Of a stretch of DNA of 64,000 bases, positions 7,353 through 17,129 are shown one piece after another. This stretch comes from a virus. Its lineage: Duplodnaviria; Caudoviricetes. The first letter of the stretch is position 1. Each line of letters starts with the position of its first letter. Both the position numbers and the translations under genes were made by a program. The stretch is taken from the IMG/VR virus record IMGVR_UViG_3300048598_000287, positions 213,198 through 277,197 of that record, one strand, 5' to 3'. The notes below the pieces were generated by a model, which was not told the origin of the DNA, did no database searches, and saw only the letters and a list, made by a program, of their open reading frames with translations.

Positions 7353-10240
7353 AATCCGAACACTTCCCGCCTCGCTTTAGTTTTGCGAAGTTTTTGCTTA
7401 TCTTCCGACATCCTGGACTTTAGTTCTTCATCTTCCTTCTTGCGGGCCTTTGCCTCGATGGATTTTATCGACGGAGAACTGTTTCCATATAGGTTGATTC
7501 GCAAAGATGCTTCGGTTATCGATATTTTTTCCATTGCCGATTGTATGTTATCGGAATCCATGGAATTTGACAGCTTTGACGATATTATAGGAATAAGTTC
7601 CGATGATATGGAAGAATCAAGAAGATCTATCCTTGACTTGACCATTGTTAGCAAGGATTTCAGATGAGTAGCGTAGTTGAACGTTATTCCTGAATTGATT
7701 GATATGTATTTTTTAATGTCGCCAATTTCAGACGCAGATATTATGCCATCCTCATCTGTTCCATTAGAATGCTTGATGAGATATATGGACCTAGCAAGAA
7801 TATCATACATCATGGCGTTGAATAAATATTCTTTTTCGCATGGGGATCCTCCATATGTATATCTTTTCCCGGTAAGGGTCATTTGTCCACTGGATATTAG
7901 GATCAGTGTCTGAGCGGTAGGATATGTGTATGACTGTTCGAATGCTGGCGGGATGTCATCTGAATTCCGTATGGCATCATTATAAAGTCTTATTATGGAT
8001 TCTACCAAGGTTCCTATTGAAAGCACATGCTGCTTATGTTCGTCCTTTGCGTCTTCCGTTTCTGGAAGAGTCCTTGCAGAGAAAATCTTTTCAACTATTC
8101 GTATTGTATCATTATCTTTTCCCAGTTCGGCATAGATGGATTGCTTTGTTTCTGCATTCATCTTTCCTGCCGCTTTTAATGTCTCCTGTATTTCATCGCA
8201 TTTGTTATCGATGACCGTGTTATATTTTAACGATATGGATGAATAAAAGCCCTGCTGTGATACATTCCATTGATTCAGATGGCTATTTGAGCTGAGCGTT
8301 TGCTGTATGACGGACTTATAATTGGCGAGATCTTTCTTGGATATCTGGGTCGAGTTTATCGGAGATATGTTTTCTCCGATTCCCGAATTTATGACATCGA
8401 TGACTTCATTGAGAGTGCCGATTTTTTTAATACCATCCATGAACGGCGCCGCTGCGGCTTGCAAGGTTTTCAATAGAATGTCTTTTCCTTCCGCCAATGA
8501 AGGCTTATCTGGATACTGGATGTCTTCTTCTGAAAATGACCCTAGTTCACGCTGAGACATATGTCTCCAGGTATCATTCGTATTCATCGCATATCCACAA
8601 TTACGCATTGCGGTGGATATCGATTCATTATATCCTGACGGTATGGGCTTTCGTTTAATTGAATCAATTTTTTCCGGCGCATCGGACGATATGGATGCCT
8701 TTCTTTCATCTTCGTCTAGCATTTCATTGTTTTCAAGAAATTCTATTGTTACACTTAAATCGCTGTCTCCTGAATATGATGCTATTGGGATATATTCTCC
8801 ATCTTCTGCAATTCTGATGATTTTCTCAACTACGCCGTCAAATCCGGACAGGTCATATGATATTCCGTTTCTTAATATTTTCGGATTGAACGATGATCCG
8901 CGACGTAGATTTGCAACATCAAGTTTAGCCACTCTTGCCATGGCATATAGGGTTTTAGCAAAATTTGTCATTTCGGTTTCATTTCCGAATTCCACTGTTT
9001 TGTTATTTTGTAACTCATTTGAATAACCGTCAATGATCTGTTGTATTTCCACTTTTTTCTGGCATATGGGGGCATTACATTTTCCTGCAGGTTCTCCGGA
9101 AAGGATATTTTCCAGAGCGGATACATTCTCCGGCCCGGCAGACACGATTTGCCCTATTAGGGACATTATGACCGGAACAGCCATATGTTCGGAATCTTCC
9201 TTTCCTATGGAATCGTCTATATGACCATTTGTCACTGTTTCAAGCATCTTTCCTATGGCCATCTGCGGATTATTCGTTGGAGTAAGAGTTTCCGGCTGTG
9301 CAGTTATGTCAGTGTTGTCTGAATTACTAGATTCTGGACCGTAGGTCAATGAATTAAATACGGAAGATGACTCGCCATCATCATTTGTATGGGCCATCCC
9401 GGATTCGGTATTATTGAATTCGTTCTTGCTGACGAACATCACGAAATAATTCTTGAACGCATCATACTGATCCTTTTCAAGGAGTATTTTTTTTCTCTGC
9501 CCGTCCATTATTTTTGGCGATGGCAATCCAAGAGGGGACATTATATTGTACATTACCTGCATGAACAGTTCTAGATTAGATTTTCCGCTGAATTGCTTAT
9601 CTTCTTTTGCCAGGACAAGCTCTATGACTGGTATGGTAGTTCCATTTTCTCCACTACCGTTAGGGTTCATCTTGAATGTTCCGTCAAATCGGCTGTCTGC
9701 AAAGTTTTTAAGCGTATCCACTATGCTTCTTGCAGTTTTAATCGCGGTGCGGGTCTTGTCAATAGAAGCATATTTATATTTTTCGTCGAATGCAGCGAAT
9801 TCAGATGATGCGAACACTGATTTTGTATATATAGAAACGAAATATCCAGCTAGTTCACCGCCTGTAGAAAGCGCATCTTGGACGAATGCTCTCGGTTGGA
9901 ATGCTTTTATTGCATTGGCTATTTTTTTACCTTCATATAGACGGATCATTGATTTTGGCGTTTCTGGAAGAAATTTGAATGATGAATCCGATTTGCTAGG
10001 ATCCGTTAGGGATGGAATTATAGCATTCAACGAAAGCCGTTTCTTTATCTCTCCTATGCTGGCAGATGATGTTTTCTTATCGGTGTTTCCAACCATGGCG
10101 TTGATTATTTCGTCGGTGAGAAGATCGACGGTTTCCGGGGTATAGAGCTCGTTAAGATATCCATTATGCAGTTCCTTTCCCGGAATCGTGGTTCTTATAT
10201 AATATATCAATGCATATAGTTTTTGAAGAGTATTGAACAT
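7349..10240 (-). CDS. Large hypothetical protein (963 aa), probably late/virion
   Basis: Long ORF with TATAAACTA at 10267-10275 upstream; no motif recognised. Confidence 0.7.
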   Translation of the reverse strand: MFNTLQKLYALIYYIRTTIPGKELHNGYLNELYTPETVDLLTDEIINAMVGNTDKKTSSASIGEIKKRLSLNAIIPSLTDPSKSDSSFKFLPETPKSMIRLYEGKKIANAIKAFQPRAFVQDALSTGGELAGYFVSIYTKSVFASSEFAAFDEKYKYASIDKTRTAIKTARSIVDTLKNFADSRFDGTFKMNPNGSGENGTTIPVIELVLAKEDKQFSGKSNLELFMQVMYNIMSPLGLPSPKIMDGQRKKILLEKDQYDAFKNYFVMFVSKNEFNNTESGMAHTNDDGESSSVFNSLTYGPESSNSDNTDITAQPETLTPTNNPQMAIGKMLETVTNGHIDDSIGKEDSEHMAVPVIMSLIGQIVSAGPENVSALENILSGEPAGKCNAPICQKKVEIQQIIDGYSNELQNNKTVEFGNETEMTNFAKTLYAMARVAKLDVANLRRGSSFNPKILRNGISYDLSGFDGVVEKIIRIAEDGEYIPIASYSGDSDLSVTIEFLENNEMLDEDERKASISSDAPEKIDSIKRKPIPSGYNESISTAMRNCGYAMNTNDTWRHMSQRELGSFSEEDIQYPDKPSLAEGKDILLKTLQAAAAPFMDGIKKIGTLNEVIDVINSGIGENISPINSTQISKKDLANYKSVIQQTLSSNSHLNQWNVSQQGFYSSISLKYNTVIDNKCDEIQETLKAAGKMNAETKQSIYAELGKDNDTIRIVEKIFSARTLPETEDAKDEHKQHVLSIGTLVESIIRLYNDAIRNSDDIPPAFEQSYTYPTAQTLILISSGQMTLTGKRYTYGGSPCEKEYLFNAMMYDILARSIYLIKHSNGTDEDGIISASEIGDIKKYISINSGITFNYATHLKSLLTMVKSRIDLLDSSISSELIPIISSKLSNSMDSDNIQSAMEKISITEASLRINLYGNSSPSIKSIEAKARKKEDEELKSRMSEDKQKLRKTKARREVFGF

Positions 10241-10266
10241 CCGAAATCTCGGCTTAACGTCGAAGA

Positions 10267-10275
10267 TAGTTTATA
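10267..10275 (-). promoter_or_regulatory. Late-promoter-like motif TATAAACTA
   Basis: Exact motif 26 nt upstream of the ATG at 10240. Confidence 0.75.
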
Positions 10276-10345
10276 TATGCGGCGTGCCGGAATTGCTTCA
10301 GAATAATGTATATTCCAATATAGCGGAACATGCGGGAAAATACTT

Positions 10346-11731
10346 ATGTCATATGAAGTAGAAACATATAAATACGATACACGCCGGCTGATGGTTGTCG
10401 ATTGGTCGAGCGTTGCATACCAGAACATTTTTTCCATAGGATCCGGAAGAAATGCGGGAAAATATGGGGTGCTTACTCAGGAAGATGAACTTCGCCTATG
10501 GCGAAACAAGATGGTAGTTTCTATGTATGAATTCATCCAGGCGTTTAATCCACTGAATATAATAATAGCGGTAGATGGAGAATCTTGGAGAAAATCGTAT
10601 GTAAAGCAATATTATAATGACAATGCCATTGTATATTACGATGATCATGCGATGTATACTGAAGCTGATAATTATGGCTATAAGATAATGAAATGCGGTG
10701 AAACATATATAGTTGAACGTGTTGAAACCAAGAAGTTTTCAATATTCAGGAATCTTAAGCATTGCTTTCTTGGGCAGCTTCCTGCTGACAAAAATGCGCT
10801 TATATGGAACCTGTATGAAAAGGAAAGCAGACCGATAATTCATTCATATAAAGGAAAACGTAAGTTTTCTATGTGGGACGTGGTTACTCCTAAGGATGTA
10901 TGGAGGAAACATAAGGATGAATTTGCATTCACTATCAGTAAATTTTTCCGCTCTATCCCGATCAGGGTATCTGGTGCCGAAGGCGATGACGTGATATATA
11001 ATTCTGTCCAGGCGCTTAAGAATGAATATCAAAGCATTGTCATAGTCACCCGGGACAGTGATATGCTTCAGATAGATGTTCCTAATCTTAAAATATATGA
11101 CCATCTGAATGATAATTTCATGACATGCACATCGCCCAGCGAATATCTTGCCACTAAGATTTTACGTGGAGATTCCAGTGATAATATTCAGGGAATGTCA
11201 ATAGATGATCCAAAGAATCCTGGATTTCCGAAATCAAAACAGATCGGGGAAAAGGGGGCAAAGACGCTTTTGGAATCCGGTGAGAATGTGTATGAAAAGG
11301 CTAAGCGAGAAGGATGGCTTAAACAATACACGCGTAATGCTGACCTTATAGATCTTAGTCATACCCCAGAATCTATTAAAGAAAAAATTGCAGAATTATG
11401 CATATTTTCTCCGAACCCCCCAGATGACATTAATGGCATGTCCAGTCTTGGGATAACGCAGAAAGTAATTGATTTATGCATAAATCTTAGGAGCAGGGGA
11501 TTTTATTCTTTTCTTCCCGCCGACTGCGCATCGTCAGTAAATATATCATTTGAAAATGAACGTAAACAGCAGGAAGCACATATTGAAAACATAAAGGACG
11601 CAATGACATCCCCAATATCGGCGCCTTCTGTTGATGATATAGTGTCGCATATGTCGCCTGAAAATGATATGATAAGGGATTTCAAGAAGATAGATGTTTT
11701 CCCTGATCCGCTTGGCGAAGTGCCGTTTTGA
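10346..11731 (+). CDS. rnh: T4 RNase H-like 5'-3' exonuclease/flap endonuclease
   Basis: VVDWSS, AVDG, YKGKR, AEGDDVI, TRDSDMLQ, LRGDSSDNIQG, IGEKGA. Confidence 0.9.
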   Translation: MSYEVETYKYDTRRLMVVDWSSVAYQNIFSIGSGRNAGKYGVLTQEDELRLWRNKMVVSMYEFIQAFNPLNIIIAVDGESWRKSYVKQYYNDNAIVYYDDHAMYTEADNYGYKIMKCGETYIVERVETKKFSIFRNLKHCFLGQLPADKNALIWNLYEKESRPIIHSYKGKRKFSMWDVVTPKDVWRKHKDEFAFTISKFFRSIPIRVSGAEGDDVIYNSVQALKNEYQSIVIVTRDSDMLQIDVPNLKIYDHLNDNFMTCTSPSEYLATKILRGDSSDNIQGMSIDDPKNPGFPKSKQIGEKGAKTLLESGENVYEKAKREGWLKQYTRNADLIDLSHTPESIKEKIAELCIFSPNPPDDINGMSSLGITQKVIDLCINLRSRGFYSFLPADCASSVNISFENERKQQEAHIENIKDAMTSPISAPSVDDIVSHMSPENDMIRDFKKIDVFPDPLGEVPF

Positions 11732-11732
11732 C

Positions 11733-11747
11733 AAAATGTATTTTAAT
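11733..11747 (+). promoter_or_regulatory. Early/middle-type motif AAAATGTATTTTAAT
   Basis: Recurrent intergenic motif, followed by a GAGG RBS. Confidence 0.6.
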
Positions 11748-11765
11748 ATGAAATGAGGAATTATT

Positions 11766-12959
11766 ATGAATCCTAGCGTATGTTTGTTATCAAGAATATC
11801 TAGTCAGTCTAAAGATGATTTTATGCGGTGGTGTGCATATCATTCCACCATTGGATTCCGGAAAATTTATATTTTTTCGGATATTCAGCCTGAATGGTAT
11901 GAAGAGGCTAAAAAAGAAATTATTGAAAAGTATCATGACTTTTCTTTTATCCGTGTTGACGTGAAGTGGAAAAGAATGAGCGAAATGATCCGTTCATTTT
12001 GCCAGCATTGCGTTAACGGTGATTGGGGAATGGTCATGTCTACCGACGAATGGCTGTTTTCTTCTAAGAAAGCCGAATTTGACATAAGGAAGCTGATATC
12101 ATATGTGATTCAGAGAAATCATGCACATGCGGTTACCATATATAAAGAATATGTCCGTAAAACGGATTCCGGATTTATGTCAAAGAATTATGGGACATAT
12201 TCGCTTAATACCGGCAAATTTCCCGTATCAAGTTCGGTTCTGTTCAGTGTTCAGGATGCTAATTCTAATCCTCTTTCCGGGCCGGCGATGCCTTCAGAAA
12301 GAGATCTATGGATTGACACCAGATGGGAAAAAATGACGCAGAACCGACTTATGTCGGAGATGCCTGAATTTTCCAAGTGTTCGGTAAAAATAATGAAAGT
12401 TGTTTCCGATGAGGACATAAATGATGCAGGAGCAGAATCTGAATTCAATTTTAATGAAATCCAGTTTGGCACGTATTTTTCTGGCAAATTTCCTGATGTT
12501 TTTTCCACGAATCCGTCTAGTCCTGTTATTGAAGATGTAATTAAATCTGATCCGTCTATTAAGAATGAAAATATACCGTTTACAGACGACGGCGCAGTGA
12601 TAGGTAAGGTGCTTACCGGAATAATGCAGGAAGAATCACTCGAAGGCATCATCAATGACATGAAATCATATCCCATTCATGTAAGTGAATCTGATTTGAA
12701 GCTGATATATGAACGAGAGGCCCGCAATGTAATCCGTGATAATGCGCCATATAGGACCCTTCTTGAAATGCTGTCAAAAGGCGCTAAGCAGAAAGATATT
12801 TTGAAGGCTATTAGAGTATCCCCAAAGACGCTTAAAAAGATGAAAGGAATTCTTGAAACAATTCCTGCTGTGATCAAGAATGAATTTTCTGATGAACCAG
12901 AACCGGCATCTTTTAATAAAGAAGAGGAAATCGGAAGCTCTTCAAAAGATGAGATGTGA
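11766..12959 (+). CDS. Degenerate glycosyltransferase-like (GT2/GT92-type) domain fused to a C-terminal HTH
   Basis: WCAYHSTIGFRKIYIF and WGMVMSTDEWL resemble GT-A EWxxYHxxxGFxxIYIY and DxDE motifs. LSKGAKQKDILKAIRVSPKTLKK is HTH-like. Confidence 0.55.
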   Translation: MNPSVCLLSRISSQSKDDFMRWCAYHSTIGFRKIYIFSDIQPEWYEEAKKEIIEKYHDFSFIRVDVKWKRMSEMIRSFCQHCVNGDWGMVMSTDEWLFSSKKAEFDIRKLISYVIQRNHAHAVTIYKEYVRKTDSGFMSKNYGTYSLNTGKFPVSSSVLFSVQDANSNPLSGPAMPSERDLWIDTRWEKMTQNRLMSEMPEFSKCSVKIMKVVSDEDINDAGAESEFNFNEIQFGTYFSGKFPDVFSTNPSSPVIEDVIKSDPSIKNENIPFTDDGAVIGKVLTGIMQEESLEGIINDMKSYPIHVSESDLKLIYEREARNVIRDNAPYRTLLEMLSKGAKQKDILKAIRVSPKTLKKMKGILETIPAVIKNEFSDEPEPASFNKEEEIGSSSKDEM

Positions 12960-12966
12960 TCGGATG

Positions 12967-12982
12967 AAAAACGTATTTTAAT
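12967..12982 (+). promoter_or_regulatory. Early/middle-type motif AAAAACGTATTTTAAT upstream of uvsX
   Basis: 16-mer identical to 5566-5581. Confidence 0.65.
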
Positions 12983-13024
12983 CATGATCGGCAATGTCGC
13001 CGGCATAATATTAACGGATGGATT

Positions 13025-14278
13025 ATGGCAAAGAAAAAGGATGCAAAAGAAGCAATTGACGATGAATTTTCATTTTTTGACAAGGTAAAGACACTTGATA
13101 AATATGTCGATGCCGGGTATGAAATGGAAGACTACGGAACGATAGATAGTGGATCGTATGCCCTTAATGCTGCCCTTAGTGGTGATATTTTCGGCGGATT
13201 TAATCTTAATAAGCTAGTGATGGCAGCAGGCCTGAAGGGTTCCGGAAAATCATTCATCGGAAAATTCCATTATGCCAAACAGCTTATTGACAAGGGATAT
13301 TTCATATATTATTATGATTCTGAAAATGAATGTACGGAAAAGGATCTAATAAATAAGTTCGGATTCATCCCGCATCACTTTAAGCTTATTCCGATTAATA
13401 CCATAGAATTCCTTACAGAATCCGTAATGGGACTTATAACCCAGTTTGAAGAAGATAAGGGAGCCAGTTACAAGAATAAACGTAAGGTGGCGATCGTTAT
13501 TGATTCCCAGGGAATGCTCACCACTGAAAAGACTAAGGAAGACGTAGCAAAGGGAAGCAATAAACAGGACATGACAGGAGCTAAGCTTCTGAAACGTTTT
13601 TATAAGCTAGTTACCGTGCGTCTTGGACGCCTGGGAATTCCTGCTTATATAACGAACCATATGTATAAAGATCCTTCCATTATGTATGGTGATCCGACAT
13701 CTATCGCTGGCGGAGAAGGTGCGCTGTATGCATGCAGCACCATCTTCAAGCTTACAAAGACGTATGGAAAGAAGGATGAAAATAGCGGGGAAGTCCCATA
13801 TGTAGTACTCAATGCCCTGGTAGTGAAGTCCAGAACATGTAAGGAAAAGTGGGGTGTTCCTATCCTTCTTGATTATAAGACTGGCCTTAACAGATATTAT
13901 GGACTGCAACGGTTTGCACAGGATGCCGGACTTATTTGCGAATATTCAGCAAAGGAATATCCTGAGCTGCCACAGCCTGTGGTAAATGGAAGAAAATTCG
14001 CGGGAAAGAGCTGGGTAATCATGGATCCAAAGATTCCTGAAGGCGAACGAAAAGTTTGCCCTGAAAAGGATCTGTATCGCGGAGATGCAATCGGGACCAT
14101 CCTTAATGAGATAAATGCGTATGTCATCGAGAATTATAAGCTTCATTCTCCCAGCGAGTTCAATTACAAATCGTCTGATGACATTGAACTTGCATTCACG
14201 GATGACGATGTAAGCAAGGCGGAAACCGAGATCGAGCAGAAAAATGAGGCAGATGCCACGCCGCGAAATGATGATTGA
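13025..14278 (+). CDS. uvsX: UvsX/RecA-like recombinase
   Basis: DSGSYALNAALSGDIFGG, Walker A GLKGSGKS, YDSE, VIDSQG, ITNHMY, GGEG, KSR. Confidence 0.93.
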   Translation: MAKKKDAKEAIDDEFSFFDKVKTLDKYVDAGYEMEDYGTIDSGSYALNAALSGDIFGGFNLNKLVMAAGLKGSGKSFIGKFHYAKQLIDKGYFIYYYDSENECTEKDLINKFGFIPHHFKLIPINTIEFLTESVMGLITQFEEDKGASYKNKRKVAIVIDSQGMLTTEKTKEDVAKGSNKQDMTGAKLLKRFYKLVTVRLGRLGIPAYITNHMYKDPSIMYGDPTSIAGGEGALYACSTIFKLTKTYGKKDENSGEVPYVVLNALVVKSRTCKEKWGVPILLDYKTGLNRYYGLQRFAQDAGLICEYSAKEYPELPQPVVNGRKFAGKSWVIMDPKIPEGERKVCPEKDLYRGDAIGTILNEINAYVIENYKLHSPSEFNYKSSDDIELAFTDDDVSKAETEIEQKNEADATPRNDD

Positions 14279-14283
14279 TCATG

Positions 14284-14308
14284 AAAGAGGCCATCAGGCC
14301 TCTTTTTT
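14284..14308 (+). terminator. Rho-independent terminator
   Basis: AAAGAGGCC-ATCA-GGCCTCTTTTTT after uvsX. Confidence 0.85.
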
Positions 14309-14311
14309 CTA

Positions 14312-14339
14312 TTGCAAAAGTCACCGGATGTTCTATATT
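14312..14339 (+). promoter_or_regulatory. Putative sigma70-type promoter TTGCAA-N16-TATATT
   Basis: Lies between a terminator and the helicase start. Confidence 0.45.
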
Positions 14340-14369
14340 TGTATCATATTTAATTGATGGGTAAATATT

Positions 14370-15857
14370 ATGGTAGTTTCTGATCTGAGCGATTCCGAAT
14401 ATGTGCTGCGCTGTTTTTTTGAAGATGAAAATATACGCCTACACATCGTTGATAAGATGAAAGAAGAATATTTTGATGACAAGGGGGACAAACAACTAGT
14501 CTCGTTGATAAATATGTTTGCAAAGAAATACAAGAGATACCCAAGCGCACAGGAACTTATAACAGGGCTTAATCAGAATGCCGGATATGGAGAAGATGCC
14601 AAGGCGAAGCTTCTTAGGATAACTAAAGATATAGGACATATAGATCCAGAGTATCGAAAGACTCTTATCGAGAACTATTTTCAGTTCACTATTTCGCAAA
14701 ATATGATGGAAGAATATGCATTATCAATGCATGACAAAAATCCGGAAAACATGCGCGCCATTATGCCTAAGATGCGGGAAGCTCTTAATTTCAGGCTTAA
14801 CGTGGACATGGGACTTCATTATATCAGGGATGTATCCATTGCCAAAAGGGCTCTTGGCGATATGACGAAGAGCATTCCTTCATGCATCGGAGAAATAAGA
14901 AAATACACGAGCGAGACTCCCGATGCAAAGGATACATGTGGAGGATATTTTAGAAAATGCCTATCAGTAGTTGGCGGAACATCTGGCGGTGGAAAGTCTA
15001 TGTTCATGGTGAACGAGGCGGCATATGCCGCTGTCATGGGATATAATGTTGTGTATATCAGCCTTGAACTTGATGCGGCAAAAATATGGGAACGCGTCAC
15101 CAGCGCAATAATTGATGTTTCACGCTATGAGATAATGGAAATGAGCGATGATGCCATAACAGTTAAGCTAGAAAACGCTCATGATAACTCAATACCTCAT
15201 CCCGGAAATCTGTTCATAAAATGGATGGCGACAAGAAAGACCACGCCATGCGATATAGAGTCTTATCTAAATGAACTGGAACAGGCAGAAAATATAAAGG
15301 TAGATTTACTTGTGGTTGATTATATAGGAATAATGAGTCCGGATCATGGTACGGTGCCGGCAAACGCCGGATCATATGACAGAATTCTTTATTCGGCTGA
15401 GCAACTTAGAAATATCGCGGTAAATCGTGATATGGCCGCTCTTACCGGAACACAGCTGCAGAGAAGCGGATACCGTATCAAAGATGTGGGATTGGACAAT
15501 ACGTCTGAATCAATGGGTCTTCCTAACACATCTGATCTTTATATTTGTATAGTTCATGATGTTGCAATGAAGAAAGCCGGATATCTGTGCTATACCATAT
15601 CAAAGAACCGGTTCGGATCTAGCGACGTTAATTTCTATACAAAAGTAAATTGGGCTCATATGAGAATATCTGATATAGATGAGGATGACATGCAGATTAT
15701 AAATCAGATAACGATGGAACAGGAAACTAAATCTGCGATGAACATGCCAGGACAATATCCTGCTAGACCACAGCAGCCTAAAGCAGGTAATCAGGACATT
15801 TCATCCATCCAGGATAAAAAACCAGGACACCCCATTAATATTGCGAAGCTGTATTAA
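14370..15857 (+). CDS. gp41: Replicative DnaB-like helicase (T4 gp41-like)
   Basis: GTSGGGKSMFM, ISLEL, VVDYIGIM, TGTQLQRSG, SESMGLP, KNRFG; follows uvsX as in T4. Confidence 0.92.
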   Translation: MVVSDLSDSEYVLRCFFEDENIRLHIVDKMKEEYFDDKGDKQLVSLINMFAKKYKRYPSAQELITGLNQNAGYGEDAKAKLLRITKDIGHIDPEYRKTLIENYFQFTISQNMMEEYALSMHDKNPENMRAIMPKMREALNFRLNVDMGLHYIRDVSIAKRALGDMTKSIPSCIGEIRKYTSETPDAKDTCGGYFRKCLSVVGGTSGGGKSMFMVNEAAYAAVMGYNVVYISLELDAAKIWERVTSAIIDVSRYEIMEMSDDAITVKLENAHDNSIPHPGNLFIKWMATRKTTPCDIESYLNELEQAENIKVDLLVVDYIGIMSPDHGTVPANAGSYDRILYSAEQLRNIAVNRDMAALTGTQLQRSGYRIKDVGLDNTSESMGLPNTSDLYICIVHDVAMKKAGYLCYTISKNRFGSSDVNFYTKVNWAHMRISDIDEDDMQIINQITMEQETKSAMNMPGQYPARPQQPKAGNQDISSIQDKKPGHPINIAKLY

Positions 15858-15885
15858 AATGGAAAAAAATATATTTTAATTAAAA

Positions 15886-16323
15886 ATGTATAGGGCCGCT
15901 ATGTTTTCGATATTGGATGACGTGCAGAAAGAAAATATTTGCAATAGAATAGAGATTATGTTCGCTACACCGTCGATTAAGGATGGTGCATGCGGGATAT
16001 TTACAATGCCCGAAGTCCTTATAAAAGAGCGGGCCGCATATTTTAACGAATGCATTTTGACCGTCTATGAAGTTCTCCATTCAGGAGATTCCCATATCTG
16101 CATGTTCGAAGTGATTTCGTCTCTTGACTCATTTTTTGACCTAGATTTTTTGGTTAAGAACGTTCTGTCAGAAGATATTCTTGATATCATAGTAGATGAG
16201 ATAATGGATGATCTTATGATAAATAATAAAATGTCTAGGCTTGACATTAGTAAATCAAGCCTTCCTCCATCCATACAGGAAAAGATAATGGAAAGATTTA
16301 ATAAACGTGAGGAAAAGGTATGA
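15886..16323 (+). CDS. Hypothetical protein, weakly gp33-like (late transcription co-activator)
   Basis: Acidic helical stretch FEVISSLDSFFDLD...LSEDILDIIVDEIMDDLMI and position near gene 32. The resemblance is weak. Confidence 0.35.
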   Translation: MYRAAMFSILDDVQKENICNRIEIMFATPSIKDGACGIFTMPEVLIKERAAYFNECILTVYEVLHSGDSHICMFEVISSLDSFFDLDFLVKNVLSEDILDIIVDEIMDDLMINNKMSRLDISKSSLPPSIQEKIMERFNKREEKV

Positions 16324-17021
16324 AAAATCATGTAATACGCAGTTCAGAACTTAAACAAATAACTGAATTTAAAGAAAAATCTAGTAAGCAGCTGAAATCA
16401 TTAAATGATGATTTATACATTCTTGCTAATGGAGGTGGAAAATGCTCCTCCCTGGATAAGACGGCATTCATGCCTACAGGTCCTAAGGCATATCAGCTTA
16501 CGGAAAGCAAACAATATCAAACCTGGCTTATCACTAGAAGGGAAGCTACTGGAAATCCCATGCTAGGAAAGGATTATTTTTCGGCGGCACCGGAATATGG
16601 AGAGACATCAGAAAAAGAATACGAAAAAGTGCTTAATGATAAAGAGTCCACCAATGTCGTTGAAGATTATGTGGATGAAACCGGAAAATCCAGCATCAGG
16701 ATAAAAGAAGATTATGATCCTAACGGCGCCAATTCAGTGGATGATACCGAGGAAATGGGCGAAGATGAAAAGCAAGTATTTGATTTTGCTGCGATAAAGG
16801 ATACTGTCATAGGTCATCTTGAATGGAAAATGGATGATATAATGGATGCTGTAGAGGATGCCCTAGGAGAATTACACTCCGATGATGAAAATTACCATCA
16901 GCCAGAGAATCTTAGGTCGGTGGTGGAAGAAATGCAGCATATAGAAAAGGCTAAGCTTCTTACCTATAAGGAAGTCCACCCATCGCTTTTGCCGGATGAG
17001 TCAAATGTATCAAAAAAATAA
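16320..17021 (+). CDS. Hypothetical acidic protein
   Basis: 233-aa ORF overlapping the upstream gene by ATGA. Confidence 0.7.
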   Translation: MKNHVIRSSELKQITEFKEKSSKQLKSLNDDLYILANGGGKCSSLDKTAFMPTGPKAYQLTESKQYQTWLITRREATGNPMLGKDYFSAAPEYGETSEKEYEKVLNDKESTNVVEDYVDETGKSSIRIKEDYDPNGANSVDDTEEMGEDEKQVFDFAAIKDTVIGHLEWKMDDIMDAVEDALGELHSDDENYHQPENLRSVVEEMQHIEKAKLLTYKEVHPSLLPDESNVSKK

Positions 17022-17129
17022 TATATATCTGATGCCATAAATGAAGCAAAAGTGAATAAATTATATGCGCACGACTATCGTGCATATAAACAATGTGCAT
17101 GATTTAATTTCAGTAGTAAAGGTAGTAAT

